Assembly (NCBI GenBank): GCA_041651015.1
Contig: JBAZKA010000002.1
Location: 70,163 to 134,162 of the forward strand
Direction of reading: 5' to 3'
From: Patescibacteria group bacterium
Lineage (GTDB): Bacteria > Patescibacteriota > Patescibacteriia > Magasanikbacterales > GWA2-37-8
DNA: 64,000 nt
The notes under the pieces were generated by a model, which saw only the letters and a list, made by a program, of their open reading frames with translations, did not search any database and was not told the origin of the DNA. Made by a program: the position numbers and the translations under genes. How positions within the stretch are numbered: position 1 is the stretch's first letter; each line of letters begins with the position of its first letter. This document shows, piece by piece, positions 43,687-53,582 of the stretch.

Positions 43687-43735
43687 AACCCCGCAGTTTC
43701 TTTCGGCAAGCCGATTGAATACTGCGGGGCGACCG
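43687..43735 (-). terminator. terminator of the minus-strand 43776 gene
   Basis: The reverse complement reads ccccgcagt-N23-actgcgggg followed by TTTCTTTTTTTG. Confidence 0.6.
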
Positions 43736-43775
43736 TCTCATGAATGCTCGGATGAGCGAGACGGGAAAGGGCGAA

Positions 43776-44012
43776 CTAGCGGGCGGAGACAGCGAGGGTG
43801 TCCTCGCCGTCCGTGTGGCGGAACTTCGCGTGGAGCTTCAGCGCGTCACCGAGCTTGGCCGGGTTGACCTTCGGGGTCGCGGCAGGCGCGGCCTTGGCGT
43901 CCGGCGCCGTGTAGGTGACTTCCACTTCGGAGGTCGGATTCGCGAACGCGATCGAGCTGAAGAGGCCGGAGAAGATACTGACGGTGACGATGATGGCGAA
44001 AAACTTCTTCAT
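43776..44012 (-). CDS. secreted 78-aa GC-rich small protein
   Basis: AGGAG RBS, signal peptide MKKFFAIIVTVSIFSGLFSSIAFA, and an Ala/Pro/Lys-rich mature part. Driven by conserved promoter module copy B. Confidence 0.5.
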   Translation of the reverse strand: MKKFFAIIVTVSIFSGLFSSIAFANPTSEVEVTYTAPDAKAAPAATPKVNPAKLGDALKLHAKFRHTDGEDTLAVSAR

Positions 44013-44258
44013 AATTGACTCCTGTTTGTTGGTCGGCGCGCCTTTGTGGCGACAGCCGACTTTGTTTTTGGTGGACACTCTGTTTGAAGACAAATTTTGG
44101 CTTAAAACAGTGTATCCACCAATTTCCGCTAGTTTGTAAAGGGCATATAAAACGAGAAAAACTCCCGTTTTGAGAGAGTTTTATACAGAAATTACACTAA
44201 AAGTGTATTTATTGTTGTTTTCGTAAGTAACGCTCTCTCAACGTTAATTACAAAAATA

Positions 44259-44287
44259 AGTATAGCACATTTTGAAGGTTTTGTCAA
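44259..44287 (-). promoter_or_regulatory. conserved strong promoter module, copy B
   Basis: Minus-strand TTGACAAAAC-cttcaaa-ATGTGCTATACT. Confidence 0.55.
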
Positions 44288-44306
44288 GCCCCCCGACCAT
44301 ATTTTT

Positions 44307-44355
44307 TTGGCTAAGATTAGCTAAAATTTGGATGCCATTTTTTGGCTAAGATTAG
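44307..44355. repeat. two copies of TTGGCTAAGATTAG(C) 35 nt apart (palindromic core GCTAA-GA-TTAGC)
   Basis: Copies at 44307-44321 and 44342-44355, each preceded by gccatttttt / atttttt. A third copy is at 18770-18781. Confidence 0.5.
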
Positions 44356-44382
44356 GGAAAATCCAATGTTCTTAAATTACTC

Positions 44383-44411
44383 TTGACAAAATCCGCGTCA
44401 TCATATATTCT
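44383..44411 (+). promoter_or_regulatory. promoter of the str operon (rpsL-rpsG-fusA)
   Basis: TTGACA, about 17-nt spacer, TATTCT/TATATT. About 130-nt leader. Confidence 0.5.
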
Positions 44412-44543
44412 ATGGCCAGAACGTCAACTTCGTTTTGGTCAATCTAACCAAGATGAACGAGAAACCTTTAGCATAAAATCGTGGCTGATTTTAACAAAAG
44501 GGTTTCTTTTTGTTTAACAAAATTAAATCTGAAGTAATAATCT

Positions 44544-44972
44544 ATGCCAACAATCAACCAAGTGTTGCGCAAAGGCCGTAAGAATAAGATTACCAAATCT
44601 AAAACTCCGGCTTTGCAATATCTCACCGATAACTTGCACCGCAAGAAAACCGTGCTCTCCAAAGGCTGTGCCTTTAAGCGCGGCGTGTGCACCAAAGTGT
44701 ACACCACCACTCCGAAGAAACCGAACTCCGCGCTCCGCAAAGTCGCCAAAGTTCGTTTGTCCAACGGTCAAGAAGTCATCGCCTATATTCCGGGCGAAGG
44801 ACACAATTTACAGGAACATTCCATCGTGCTCATTCGCGGCGGTCGTGTGAAAGATTTGCCGGGCGTCCGCTACCACATTGTGCGCGGTGTTTATGATACA
44901 CAAGGAATTGAAACTCGCCGACGCGGTCGAAGCGTTTACGGCACCAAGCGTCCGAAAGCGAAAAAAGCGTAA
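44544..44972 (+). CDS. rpsL: 30S ribosomal protein S12
   Basis: MPTINQ...[12 protein letters not shown]...[34 protein letters not shown]. Confidence 0.95.
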   Translation: MPTINQVLRKGRKNKITKSKTPALQYLTDNLHRKKTVLSKGCAFKRGVCTKVYTTTPKKPNSALRKVAKVRLSNGQEVIAYIPGEGHNLQEHSIVLIRGGRVKDLPGVRYHIVRGVYDTQGIETRRRGRSVYGTKRPKAKKA

Positions 44973-45015
44973 TGCGATACTAATATACTAATGCATACTA
45001 ATAATACGAATAAAT

Positions 45016-45492
45016 ATGAGAGGTAAAAAAGCAATTAAACGTGAAGCCGCGCCGGATTCCAAATACGGCAATGCTTTGCTCGGAAAATTCATTAACTACG
45101 TGATGCTCGGCGGAAAGAAAACCACTGCCGAGAAAATCGTGTATGGCGCTATGGAAAAAATTGCCGCTGAAACAAATAAAGACGCGGTGAAGATTTTTGA
45201 GGAAGCTATCCGTACGGTTTCTCCGCAAGTGGAAGTACGCTCCAAACGCGTGGGTGGCGCCAACTACCAAGTACCGTTGCCGGTGCGCGGTGAACGCCAG
45301 AACGCTCTCGCGTTCCGTTGGATTATTGACGCGGCTCGCGCCAAAAAAGGCCAACCGATGCTGGACAAACTCGCGACCGTGTTGAACGAGGCCTCTCAAG
45401 GACTCGGCGACGCCATCAAGAAACGCGACGAGGTCCATCGTATGGCTGATGCCAACAAGGCCTTTGCCCATTTCGCCAGATTCGCGAAATAA
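45016..45492 (+). CDS. rpsG: 30S ribosomal protein S7
   Basis: Conserved S7 pattern (GKK..AE.IVY.A.E.I......EVRS.RVGGANYQVP). Confidence 0.95.
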   Translation: MRGKKAIKREAAPDSKYGNALLGKFINYVMLGGKKTTAEKIVYGAMEKIAAETNKDAVKIFEEAIRTVSPQVEVRSKRVGGANYQVPLPVRGERQNALAFRWIIDAARAKKGQPMLDKLATVLNEASQGLGDAIKKRDEVHRMADANKAFAHFARFAK

Positions 45493-45528
45493 AAATTCAA
45501 AAATTAAAAAAATTAAAAATTTGAATTT

Positions 45529-47604
45529 ATGCCCCGTGAATATCCCTTGGAAAAAACACGCAACATCGGCATCATGGCTCACATTGATGCCGGCAAGACC
45601 ACTGTCTCCGAGCGCGTTTTGTTTTACACCGGACGCAAACACAAAATCGGCGAAGTGCACGAAGGCGCGGCCGAAATGGATTGGATGGAACAAGAAAAAG
45701 AACGCGGTATCACTATTACTTCCGCCGCGACCACGGCTTTTTGGAAAGGTCATCGCATCAACTTGATTGATACTCCCGGACACGTGGATTTTACCGCCGA
45801 AGTAGAGCGCTCTCTGCGCGTGCTTGATGGCGCCGTGGCCGTGTTTGATGGTTCGCAAGGCGTGGAACCACAATCTGAAACCGTTTGGCATCAGGCCGAT
45901 AAATATAATGTCCCGCGTTTTGCTTTTGTGAACAAGATGGACAAGATGGGCGCGGATTTTTATATGAGTTTGGATTCAATCAAGGAACGTTTGTCCAAAA
46001 ACGCCGTGGCTGTTCAATTGCCGATTGGCGCCGAAGGAACTTTTTGCGGTATTGTTGATTTGATTGAAGAAAAAGCTTTTAAATTTGAAGGCAAGAACGG
46101 CGAAAATATCGTGGAAGTTCCGATTCCGGAAGATATGAAAGAAAAAGTCGCGTCCTTCAGACGCGAAATGGTGGAAAAAGCGGCCGAGGCCAATGAAGCG
46201 ACCATGAATAAATTTTTGGCCGGCGAGGCACTCTCGGTTGAAGAGATTCAATCCGGTATACGCGAGATGGTTTTGCGCGGTGATATTTATCCCGTGCTTT
46301 GCGGTGCGGCGTTGTCAAATATTGGTGTGCAATTAATGCTTGATGCGGTAGTCGCGTATTTGCCGGCCCCGACCGACATCAAAGCGTTTGTCGGAGAAAA
46401 TCCGGACACCGGCGCTGAAGAAACACGCAGTTCGTCTGATGATGAACCGTTTTCGGCTTTGGCCTTCAAAGTCGCGACCGACCCGTTCGTCGGCAAATTA
46501 ATTTTCTTCCGCGTTTATTCCGGTAAAGTTGCTTCCGGTTCATATGTGCTCAACTCCGCCAAGGGCGAACGCGAACGCATTAGTAGAATCGTCCGCATGC
46601 ATGCGAATCATCGCGAGGATGTGGAGGAAGTCTACGCCGGAGAAATCGCCGCGGCCATTGGTCTCAAATCCACCATTACCGGCGACACTCTTTGCGACGA
46701 AAATCATCCGATCACTTTGGCCAAAATTACTTTCCCCGAACCGGTTATCTCGGTCGCGATTGAACCAAAGACCAAACAAGATCAGGAAAAAATCGGTATG
46801 GCTTTGCAAAAATTGGCTGAAGAAGATCCGACTTTCAAAGTCAACACGGATGAAGAAACTTTGCAGACCATTATTCGCGGTATGGGTGAATTGCATTTGG
46901 ACATCATCGTTGACCGTATGAAACGCGAATTTAAAGTGGAAGCCAATGTCGGCGCGCCACAAGTCGCGTACAAAGAAACGATTAAGATGACGGCCGAAGG
47001 CGAAGGTAAATACATCAAGCAATCGGGCGGACGCGGTCAATATGGCCACTGCTATTTGCGCGTTGAGCCGACCGAACCGGGCGCGCCGTTTGAATTCTTG
47101 GATGAAATCAAGGGTGGCGTGGTCCCGCGTGAATACGTTCCGGCGATTGAAAAAGGCGTAAAAGAATCAATCACTCGCGGTATTTTAGCCGGTTATCCGA
47201 TTGTCAATATTAAAGTCGCTTGTTTTGATGGCTCGTATCATGAAGTTGATTCATCCGAAGCGGCTTTCAAAATGGCTGCGTCCATGGCGTTTCAAACCGC
47301 GTGCAAAAAAGCCAATCCGGTAATTTTGGAACCGATTATGAAGATTGAAGTTGTCACCCCGGAAAAATTTATGGGTGATGTCATTGGCGACCTCAATTCC
47401 AAACGCGGACAAATTCAAGAAATGACTGACCGCAGTCAAATGAAAGTGGTCAAAGCGATTGTGCCTTTGGCCAGCATGTTTGGCTATGTGACATCCTTGC
47501 GTAATATGTCGCAAGGACGCGCCAGTTCCACCATGGAATTTTCCCACTATGCCGAAGTGCCAAATAATGTGGCCCAGACAATTATTGAAGGTAAAAAGAA
47601 ATAA
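45529..47604 (+). CDS. fusA: elongation factor G
   Basis: [27 protein letters not shown], 691 aa, five domains. Confidence 0.95.
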   Translation: MPREYPLEKTRNIGIMAHIDAGKTTVSERVLFYTGRKHKIGEVHEGAAEMDWMEQEKERGITITSAATTAFWKGHRINLIDTPGHVDFTAEVERSLRVLDGAVAVFDGSQGVEPQSETVWHQADKYNVPRFAFVNKMDKMGADFYMSLDSIKERLSKNAVAVQLPIGAEGTFCGIVDLIEEKAFKFEGKNGENIVEVPIPEDMKEKVASFRREMVEKAAEANEATMNKFLAGEALSVEEIQSGIREMVLRGDIYPVLCGAALSNIGVQLMLDAVVAYLPAPTDIKAFVGENPDTGAEETRSSSDDEPFSALAFKVATDPFVGKLIFFRVYSGKVASGSYVLNSAKGERERISRIVRMHANHREDVEEVYAGEIAAAIGLKSTITGDTLCDENHPITLAKITFPEPVISVAIEPKTKQDQEKIGMALQKLAEEDPTFKVNTDEETLQTIIRGMGELHLDIIVDRMKREFKVEANVGAPQVAYKETIKMTAEGEGKYIKQSGGRGQYGHCYLRVEPTEPGAPFEFLDEIKGGVVPREYVPAIEKGVKESITRGILAGYPIVNIKVACFDGSYHEVDSSEAAFKMAASMAFQTACKKANPVILEPIMKIEVVTPEKFMGDVIGDLNSKRGQIQEMTDRSQMKVVKAIVPLASMFGYVTSLRNMSQGRASSTMEFSHYAEVPNNVAQTIIEGKKK

Positions 47605-47616
47605 ATTAGATTAAAT

Positions 47617-47650
47617 AAAAAATCTCCGAAGTAATTCGGAGATTTTTTTG
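47617..47650. terminator. bidirectional rho-independent terminator after fusA
   Basis: atctccgaa-gtaa-ttcggagat flanked by A- and T-runs. Confidence 0.75.
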
Positions 47651-47659
47651 TTGTATTTT

Positions 47660-47926
47660 TTAAGCGGCCGGCCGTTCAATCCAACTACCTACATCATCAC
47701 TGTCTGTGTCAGATTTGCCGATATCTATGGCGCCGGTCATGTCAGTTTCGTGTTGTAGCGTTTTAAACGCTTCGCGTGCTCCTGATCGGGTGTTGTCGGT
47801 GACTCTGCCTTCGCCTGCCATATGTAGACCTTCAATACCTTTTCTCTTTTCAGCGATTTCTTCATTTAGCGTGTGGCGTTTGCCTTCTGACGCGGCGATC
47901 ATTTGTTCTTGCATGCCTTCACTCAT
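47660..47926 (-). CDS. hypothetical 88-aa GC-rich acidic protein
   Basis: ORF driven by conserved promoter module copy C. No family recognised. Confidence 0.45.
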   Translation of the reverse strand: MSEGMQEQMIAASEGKRHTLNEEIAEKRKGIEGLHMAGEGRVTDNTRSGAREAFKTLQHETDMTGAIDIGKSDTDSDDVGSWIERPAA

Positions 47927-47957
47927 ATTTTTAATGTTAATGTTAAATTAACCAAAG

Positions 47958-47986
47958 TATTATAGCACATTTTGGCCGTTTTGTCA
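47958..47986 (-). promoter_or_regulatory. conserved strong promoter module, copy C
   Basis: Minus-strand TTGACAAAAC-ggccaaa-ATGTGCTATAAT. Confidence 0.55.
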
Positions 47987-47992
47987 ATCATC

Positions 47993-48021
47993 ATTGACAT
48001 AATATATTTTTCGTGCTATGT
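47993..48021 (+). promoter_or_regulatory. divergent promoter for the coiled-coil gene
   Basis: TTGACA, 17-nt spacer, TATGTT with a TG extension. Confidence 0.45.
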
Positions 48022-48108
48022 TTGGATATCCGGAAGAAAAGGGATTTATTCGTTTGCCACGAAGCCCTTTACAATTTAGGTAAGGGGTTGCAACAAGAGG
48101 AGGGAACC

Positions 48109-49242
48109 ATGTTTGGCGGGAAAAAACAAGAAGAAGTCGAAAGAGAGCTGATCAGACGTGAACAGGCCGTCGAAATGGAAGAACTTCGGCTCGCGGCCGA
48201 GAAGGAACGGATAGGCGATTCGTGGGAGGAAGTAAAAGCGGCGGCCGAAGCGGCCATGCGTATGACGGCTGAAGTTGAGGCCGAGAAAGCAGTCTTGGTC
48301 GAAGAGAAAAATCATCTGGCTGGGGCGAACGATCTCGTTCGGGAACGGCTGTCTACCATCGGTATCATCCTGCGTCGGCTTTTCACGGGCGAACTTGACG
48401 GTGATCCGTCAGAAAGCGCGCGCGCCATGCTGGAGTATCTGGGCACGTTGCCCGACGCTCCAGTTGGACTCGCCGATGACCTGGACGAGAAAGTCAAGAT
48501 GATCGTCGAGGCGTCGACCTTGTCGCGATTGAACGGCAGTCTGCAGCAGATCTGTATAGCGGTCGAAGCCGCGAGAAAAGCGATGGATCACAAATCGCGC
48601 CAACTCGACGTTCTGCTCGCGCAAAAGCGCGAGCAGAACAATCTCTACAAGAACGCTGTTGCCGACAAGGCAACGGCCGAAGAACGCGCAAGGTCGGCCG
48701 AAACCGAACGCGACACGGCTGTGGAGGAGCTTAATAGGCTGCGCGAGGAACGTGATCGCATCACAGATCAGATCAACGAGGTTAGGCTGGCCGTGACAAA
48801 TCTTTTGGACTCGCAGAAAAAAGTCCAAGCTGATTTGTCCGCCGAGAAGATCAGGCTCGCCGAACTGCAGAAGTCTTGTGACGAGGTCACAAAAATCGCA
48901 AAGGCTGATTTGATCGTGTCCGAAAAACAGCGCGATGCGGCGTTGGCTGTTTTGCGCAGCAAGGTTCAAGCGGCGCAAACCGCCTTGGCCGCGGAGGAGC
49001 AGATTTCCAGGGAACGCATTGAAGCCGCGGAAAAAGCCGCGGAAGACATGCGGACTGAAGCCATGCGAGCCATTGAAGGAGTGGCGAGCGACCTGCAAGG
49101 CGAAACCGAAAGTCATGTTGCCCTGCTTAAGGGGCTGGCCGGCGGGATCAAGGCTGCAACAACCTCTCGGCTAACAGAACCGTTTTTCGGACCGCCGCCC
49201 GAGCCGGAAGACCCGCCGCCTTCCGCTGAAGGCGCCGAGTAG
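48109..49242 (+). CDS. GC-rich coiled-coil protein with a Pro-rich C-terminus, hypothetical
   Basis: GAGGAGGG RBS then MFGGKKQEE. About 330 residues of Ala/Glu/Arg/Leu heptad-like sequence, ending PPPEPEDPPPSAEGAE. Confidence 0.6.
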   Translation: MFGGKKQEEVERELIRREQAVEMEELRLAAEKERIGDSWEEVKAAAEAAMRMTAEVEAEKAVLVEEKNHLAGANDLVRERLSTIGIILRRLFTGELDGDPSESARAMLEYLGTLPDAPVGLADDLDEKVKMIVEASTLSRLNGSLQQICIAVEAARKAMDHKSRQLDVLLAQKREQNNLYKNAVADKATAEERARSAETERDTAVEELNRLREERDRITDQINEVRLAVTNLLDSQKKVQADLSAEKIRLAELQKSCDEVTKIAKADLIVSEKQRDAALAVLRSKVQAAQTALAAEEQISRERIEAAEKAAEDMRTEAMRAIEGVASDLQGETESHVALLKGLAGGIKAATTSRLTEPFFGPPPEPEDPPPSAEGAE

Positions 49243-49260
49243 CCCCTACCACAGTTCATT

Positions 49261-49299
49261 ACCCCGCTGATACTGGCAATATCAGCGGGGATTTTATTT
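49261..49299 (+). terminator. rho-independent terminator
   Basis: ccccgctgata-N7-tatcagcgggg followed by ATTTTATTTT. Confidence 0.7.
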
Positions 49300-49324
49300 T
49301 CTCCCGACGTAAAGTCGGGACGGG

Positions 49325-49353
49325 GTTGACTTTCGCGTCTGATTTCATTATAC
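49325..49353 (+). promoter_or_regulatory. promoter
   Basis: TTGACT, 17-nt spacer, TATACT. Confidence 0.55.
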
Positions 49354-49388
49354 TGGTTTTATATTCTTCAATTTGGAAAAATTATTTT

Positions 49389-50000
49389 ATGAACTCCAAA
49401 CAATTAAATAGATTGCTAAATTTGGTCAGAGAAACCGGCGACCGTTTGGTCGTGGCCGATAATGAAAGCGACGATGTTTTTGTATTGATGAATTTAGATG
49501 AATACGAAAATTTGTCCGGCAACGGCGAATTTGACTCACATGAGTTTTGTCATGAATGCGAGCACGAATCTAAACGCGATGAATTTAATGACGATTTTGA
49601 CCCGGAAGAATTAAACGAAAATGCTTTTGATTTTTCCGCATCTGAAGAGCCGGAACAAAAAAAACCAACCGAGATGAGCGAGCGCGAACTTCTGGAAAAA
49701 ATTAACGGCGACATTGCGGATTGGCGCAGCGCTCAGACCAAGAAAGAAGAAAATGAATTAGCCGAAGAATTAGTGGAAGAAAAAATTTCTGAGCCGGAAA
49801 GCAGACCGGTGGACGATAATAGCGGCGAAGAAAAAATTCAAGTTCCTTCCGGCATTGCCAGTATCGGCGATGTGCTGTTTGATAAAAAATACCAAAACAG
49901 GGAATTTGACAACACGCCCAGAACGGGAATTATTGAAGAAGACGATTTATCCGGTGTGCCGCATGAGGAAGAGAAATTTTATTTGGAGCCGGTAGAATAA
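49389..50000 (+). CDS. highly acidic hypothetical protein
   Basis: MNSKQLNRLLNLVRETGDRLVV... start (an upstream extension looks like promoter read-through). D/E-rich throughout. Confidence 0.5.
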   Translation: MNSKQLNRLLNLVRETGDRLVVADNESDDVFVLMNLDEYENLSGNGEFDSHEFCHECEHESKRDEFNDDFDPEELNENAFDFSASEEPEQKKPTEMSERELLEKINGDIADWRSAQTKKEENELAEELVEEKISEPESRPVDDNSGEEKIQVPSGIASIGDVLFDKKYQNREFDNTPRTGIIEEDDLSGVPHEEEKFYLEPVE

Positions 50001-50060
50001 TGATAGATTAGCCAAGAAATCAGTTTTTTGGTTATTCACAGAATATTCACAAGCGACCTC

Positions 50061-50089
50061 TTGCCAAAATGGCGCATATCTGCTATAAT
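50061..50089 (+). promoter_or_regulatory. promoter of tuf
   Basis: TTGCCA, 17-nt spacer, TATAAT with a TGc extension. Confidence 0.6.
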
Positions 50090-50226
50090 CGTTAAGAAAT
50101 ATGAGCGCTTGGCTCTAAATTTTTGAGCCGAACATTCAATTTGAAAATTTTTTTTATAAATATTTTAGCGGCTGGATAACAAATCTGCGACGACCACTCG
50201 GAGCAGTGCCGTGTAAATGTAATCGT

Positions 50227-51417
50227 ATGGCAGAGTTTGTGAGAACAAAGCCGCACGTCAACATTGGCACAATTGGCCACGTTGACCATGGTAAGACTAC
50301 TCTTACCGCGGCGATTTTGCAGGTTTTGAGCACTCATGGTATGACTGCTCAAAATAAAGGTGTGGCTGATTTGGATAAAGCCCCTGAGTCAAAAGCTCGC
50401 GGTATTACCATTTCCACCGCTCATGTTGAGTACGAAACAACCAAGAGGCACTATGCCCACGTGGATTGTCCGGGACATGCTGATTATGTGAAGAACATGA
50501 TCACCGGCGCCGCTCAAATGGACGGCGCGATTTTGGTCGTCTCGGCTGCTGATGGTCCGATGCCGCAAACCCGCGAACACATCGTGCTCGCTCGTCAAGT
50601 CGGTGTGCCGTATATCGTCGTTTTCTTAAACAAAGTTGACCAAGTTTCCGACCCGGAATTGATTGATTTGGTGGAAGCCGAGGTTCGTGATTTGCTCAAG
50701 AAATATGATTTCCCGGGCGACACCACCCCGATTATCCGCGGTTCCGCTTTGCAAGCTTTGCAAAACCCGACCGATGAAGCGGCCGCCAAACCGGTTTTGG
50801 ATTTAATGAATGTGGTTGATGAATATATTCCGGAGCCGACCCGCGCCGTTGATCAACCTTTCCTCATGCCGATTGAAGACGTGTTCTCCATTGAAGGCCG
50901 AGGCACTGTGGTGACCGGTCGTATTGAACGCGGCATCATTCACGTGAATGATGAAGTGGAAATTGTCGGTTTGAATGAAGAAAAAATGAAAACCGTGGTC
51001 ACTGGTATTGAAATGTTCAACAAACAGTTGAAAGAAGGTCAAGCCGGTGATAACGCGGGCATCTTGCTTCGCGGTACCAAAAAGGAAGAAGTTGAGCGCG
51101 GTATGGTTCTCGCCAAACCGGGCACAATTAATCCGCACACAGATTTTGAAGCCCAAGTGGTTGTCTTGACCAAAGAAGAAGGCGGACGCCACAAACCGTT
51201 TTTCAAGGGTTACAAACCGCAGTTTTACGTCCGCACTACGGACGTCACCGGTGAAGTAATTTTGCCGGAAGGCACGGAAATGGTTATGCCGGGCGATACA
51301 ATCAGCTTTACCGTGAAGTTGATCAAGCCGGTAGCTATGGAAGAAAAAATGAAGTTCGCCATTCGCGAGGGCGGTAAGACCGTCGGCGCGGGTGTGGTAA
51401 CAAAAATTCTTAAATAA
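50227..51417 (+). CDS. tuf: elongation factor Tu
   Basis: [34 protein letters not shown], 396 aa. Confidence 0.95.
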   Translation: MAEFVRTKPHVNIGTIGHVDHGKTTLTAAILQVLSTHGMTAQNKGVADLDKAPESKARGITISTAHVEYETTKRHYAHVDCPGHADYVKNMITGAAQMDGAILVVSAADGPMPQTREHIVLARQVGVPYIVVFLNKVDQVSDPELIDLVEAEVRDLLKKYDFPGDTTPIIRGSALQALQNPTDEAAAKPVLDLMNVVDEYIPEPTRAVDQPFLMPIEDVFSIEGRGTVVTGRIERGIIHVNDEVEIVGLNEEKMKTVVTGIEMFNKQLKEGQAGDNAGILLRGTKKEEVERGMVLAKPGTINPHTDFEAQVVVLTKEEGGRHKPFFKGYKPQFYVRTTDVTGEVILPEGTEMVMPGDTISFTVKLIKPVAMEEKMKFAIREGGKTVGAGVVTKILK

Positions 51418-51426
51418 GTCATGACG

Positions 51427-51455
51427 AGGGGGGTGAAATATTCACCCCCCTTTGT
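51427..51455 (+). terminator. rho-independent terminator after tuf
   Basis: gggggtgaa-atat-tcaccccc followed by TTTG. Confidence 0.7.
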
Positions 51456-51476
51456 CGTGAGATTAAGTTCTTTACC

Positions 51477-51815
51477 ATGACGCAAGCAATAAAGAAAACC
51501 ACAGAAGCAGTAGCGACAAGAATTCGCATCAAAATTCGCGCTTATGACAATAAAATTATTGATCAAGCGACCAAGATGATTATTGAAACAGCCGAGCGCA
51601 ATGATGCGAAAGTGATCGGGCCGGTACCGTTGCCGACCGAAAAGTCCAAATTTACGGTTAATCGCTCTACGTTTGTGCACAAGGATGCGCGCGAGCAGTT
51701 TGAAATGCGCGTGCACAAGCGTTTGATTGACATTATGAACGCCTCGCCAAAATGCGTTGACGCGCTCATGAGTTTGAGCTTACCGTCGGGTGTGGATGTG
51801 GAAATAAAGATGTAA
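51477..51815 (+). CDS. rpsJ: 30S ribosomal protein S10
   Basis: IRIKIRAYD...GPVPLPT...TVNRS.FV.KD.REQFE.R.HKRLIDI. Confidence 0.95.
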   Translation: MTQAIKKTTEAVATRIRIKIRAYDNKIIDQATKMIIETAERNDAKVIGPVPLPTEKSKFTVNRSTFVHKDAREQFEMRVHKRLIDIMNASPKCVDALMSLSLPSGVDVEIKM

Positions 51816-51836
51816 AAAATAGTTGGAGTGAGGGGC

Positions 51837-51865
51837 TTGACAACAATTATTAATTGTTGTATAGT
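51837..51865 (+). promoter_or_regulatory. strong internal promoter between rpsJ and rplC
   Basis: TTGACA, 17-nt spacer, TATAGT. Confidence 0.55.
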
Positions 51866-51871
51866 GCCAGC

Positions 51872-52110
51872 GTTGAAAAAAGTCGGTTTGGCCCAACTAA
51901 ATAAGATTCACCGCAATGGGCGATGGAAAACATTTACGCGGAATCAGGCGCGACGGGAGAAAATTATTTAAAACAAAAACTACAATAGCCAATCTATACC
52001 GGATTTATTCGGTGTTTGCGTGCAAGTTTGTTTAAATAGACAAGCGTGCGCGAGATGGCTAGAAGCAATAGCATTAAAATATATTTAATGTTTTTGCTTC
52101 TAGTTTTTTG
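51872..52110 (+). ncRNA. about 240-nt leader or small RNA ending in an intrinsic terminator (candidate r-protein attenuator)
   Basis: Predicted TSS about 51872. Internal hairpins (for example accgga-ttta-ttcggt). Terminator ctagaagcaa-N25-ttgcttctag followed by TTTTTTG at 52059-52110. No convincing ORF. Confidence 0.4.
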
Positions 52111-52212
52111 TTAAGAGGGGGTTGAAGGACGGGATTTAATTGATTATTTAACAGTTATCTCCGTAAATCGGGATGGGCTCAATTCGCTTTGGCGGAAAGA
52201 GAACGCGGAGCA

Positions 52213-52923
52213 ATGACTCACAAAAATATGAAGTTTATTTTAGGAAAAAAATTAGGAATGACGCAGGTGTTTTCTCCAAACGGAGATATTTTGCCGGTCA
52301 CCCGGGTAACTGCCGGACCGTGCCAAATCACTCAAGTCAAAAATTCCGGCAAAGATAATTCCGTTGCCGTGGAAATCGGTTTTGAAGAAGTGAAAGATTT
52401 TCGCGTCAACAAACCGAAAGCGGGTCATCTGAATGATTTAAAACCGGTCAGACATTTACGTTCGTTTTTAACTGAATCAGTGGAAGGACTGAATCGCGGC
52501 GATGTCGTGGCCGTGGATACTTTTTCTGTCGGCGACATCGTCACTGTAGAAGGAATATCCAAAGGTAAGGGTTTCGCCGGCGTGGTTAAACGCCACGGTT
52601 TTCATGGTGCTCCGGCTTCCCATGGTCACAAACACGATTTGCGCGCTCCGGGTTCTATCGGCGCGGGCGGTGTGCAACGTGTTTTCAAAGGTATGCGTAT
52701 GGCCGGTCGCATGGGCGGAGGTCCGGTAACGGTCAAGAATCTGGAAGTAGTGGAAATTCATCCTGAGACCAATGAAATTTATATCAAAGGCGCGATTCCG
52801 GGAGCGAGAAACGGTTTGGTGAAGATTTCCTGCCCGGGAAAATTGTCGGTAAACAAGGCCGCCTCGTCAGCGGAACCGGTTAGCGAAAATGTTTCGGTTG
52901 AAGCCGAACAGGTTAACGCTTAA
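52213..52923 (+). CDS. rplC: 50S ribosomal protein L3
   Basis: GGAG RBS. MKFILGKKLGMTQVF....VTV.........VKRHGFHG.PASHGHK. Confidence 0.95.
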   Translation: MTHKNMKFILGKKLGMTQVFSPNGDILPVTRVTAGPCQITQVKNSGKDNSVAVEIGFEEVKDFRVNKPKAGHLNDLKPVRHLRSFLTESVEGLNRGDVVAVDTFSVGDIVTVEGISKGKGFAGVVKRHGFHGAPASHGHKHDLRAPGSIGAGGVQRVFKGMRMAGRMGGGPVTVKNLEVVEIHPETNEIYIKGAIPGARNGLVKISCPGKLSVNKAASSAEPVSENVSVEAEQVNA

Positions 52924-52934
52924 CGGCAGAATAT

Positions 52935-53582
52935 TTGAAATATATGAAGACAAAAGTTTACAATCTTGAAGGTAAAGAAACCGGCGAAATAAATTTAGAC
53001 GAGAAGGTTTTTGGCGTCAAAGTTAAACCCGAAGTTGTTCACGAGGTTTTTGTCGCCATGACAAATAATCAACGCGAACCGTGGGCTGATACCAAGAATC
53101 GCGGTGAAGTTTCCGGCGGCGGCAGAAAGCCTTGGAAGCAAAAAGGCACCGGTCGCGCCCGCCATGGTTCAATCCGTTCCCCGATTTGGGTGGGCGGCGG
53201 CGTGGCTTTTGGTCCTTTGACCGAGAGAAATTATAAATCCAAAATCAACAAAAAAACTCGACGTTTGGCCACTCGCATGTGTTTGTCCGATAAGCTGGCG
53301 TCAGGCCTTTTGACTGTGGTGGAAAATTTTGATTTCAGCGAGCCAAAGACCAAAGTGTTTGCCGCGTTTTTATCCAAATTGCCGGCTAAGCACAAATCGT
53401 ATTTGATTTTGACCGGTACGACTGATAACGACAAGGTCTATCGCATGGCCAGAAATTTAAAGAAGATTGAAATTTTACGCGCCGCGGACGCGAACGTGAT
53501 GGTGCTCGCTCAGAAAGAAGCGGTCATCGTGAGTCAAGACGGCGTGGGTGAAATTGAAAAGATTTTAATCAAGAATGACTAA
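52935..53582 (+). CDS. rplD: 50S ribosomal protein L4
   Basis: [34 protein letters not shown]. Confidence 0.95.
   Translation: MKYMKTKVYNLEGKETGEINLDEKVFGVKVKPEVVHEVFVAMTNNQREPWADTKNRGEVSGGGRKPWKQKGTGRARHGSIRSPIWVGGGVAFGPLTERNYKSKINKKTRRLATRMCLSDKLASGLLTVVENFDFSEPKTKVFAAFLSKLPAKHKSYLILTGTTDNDKVYRMARNLKKIEILRAADANVMVLAQKEAVIVSQDGVGEIEKILIKND

Noticed and set aside
48013-48108. 5' extension of the coiled-coil gene (track start 48013)
   Set aside because: The extension begins inside the promoter (-10 region). The ATG at 48109 with a GAGGAGGG SD is the credible start.
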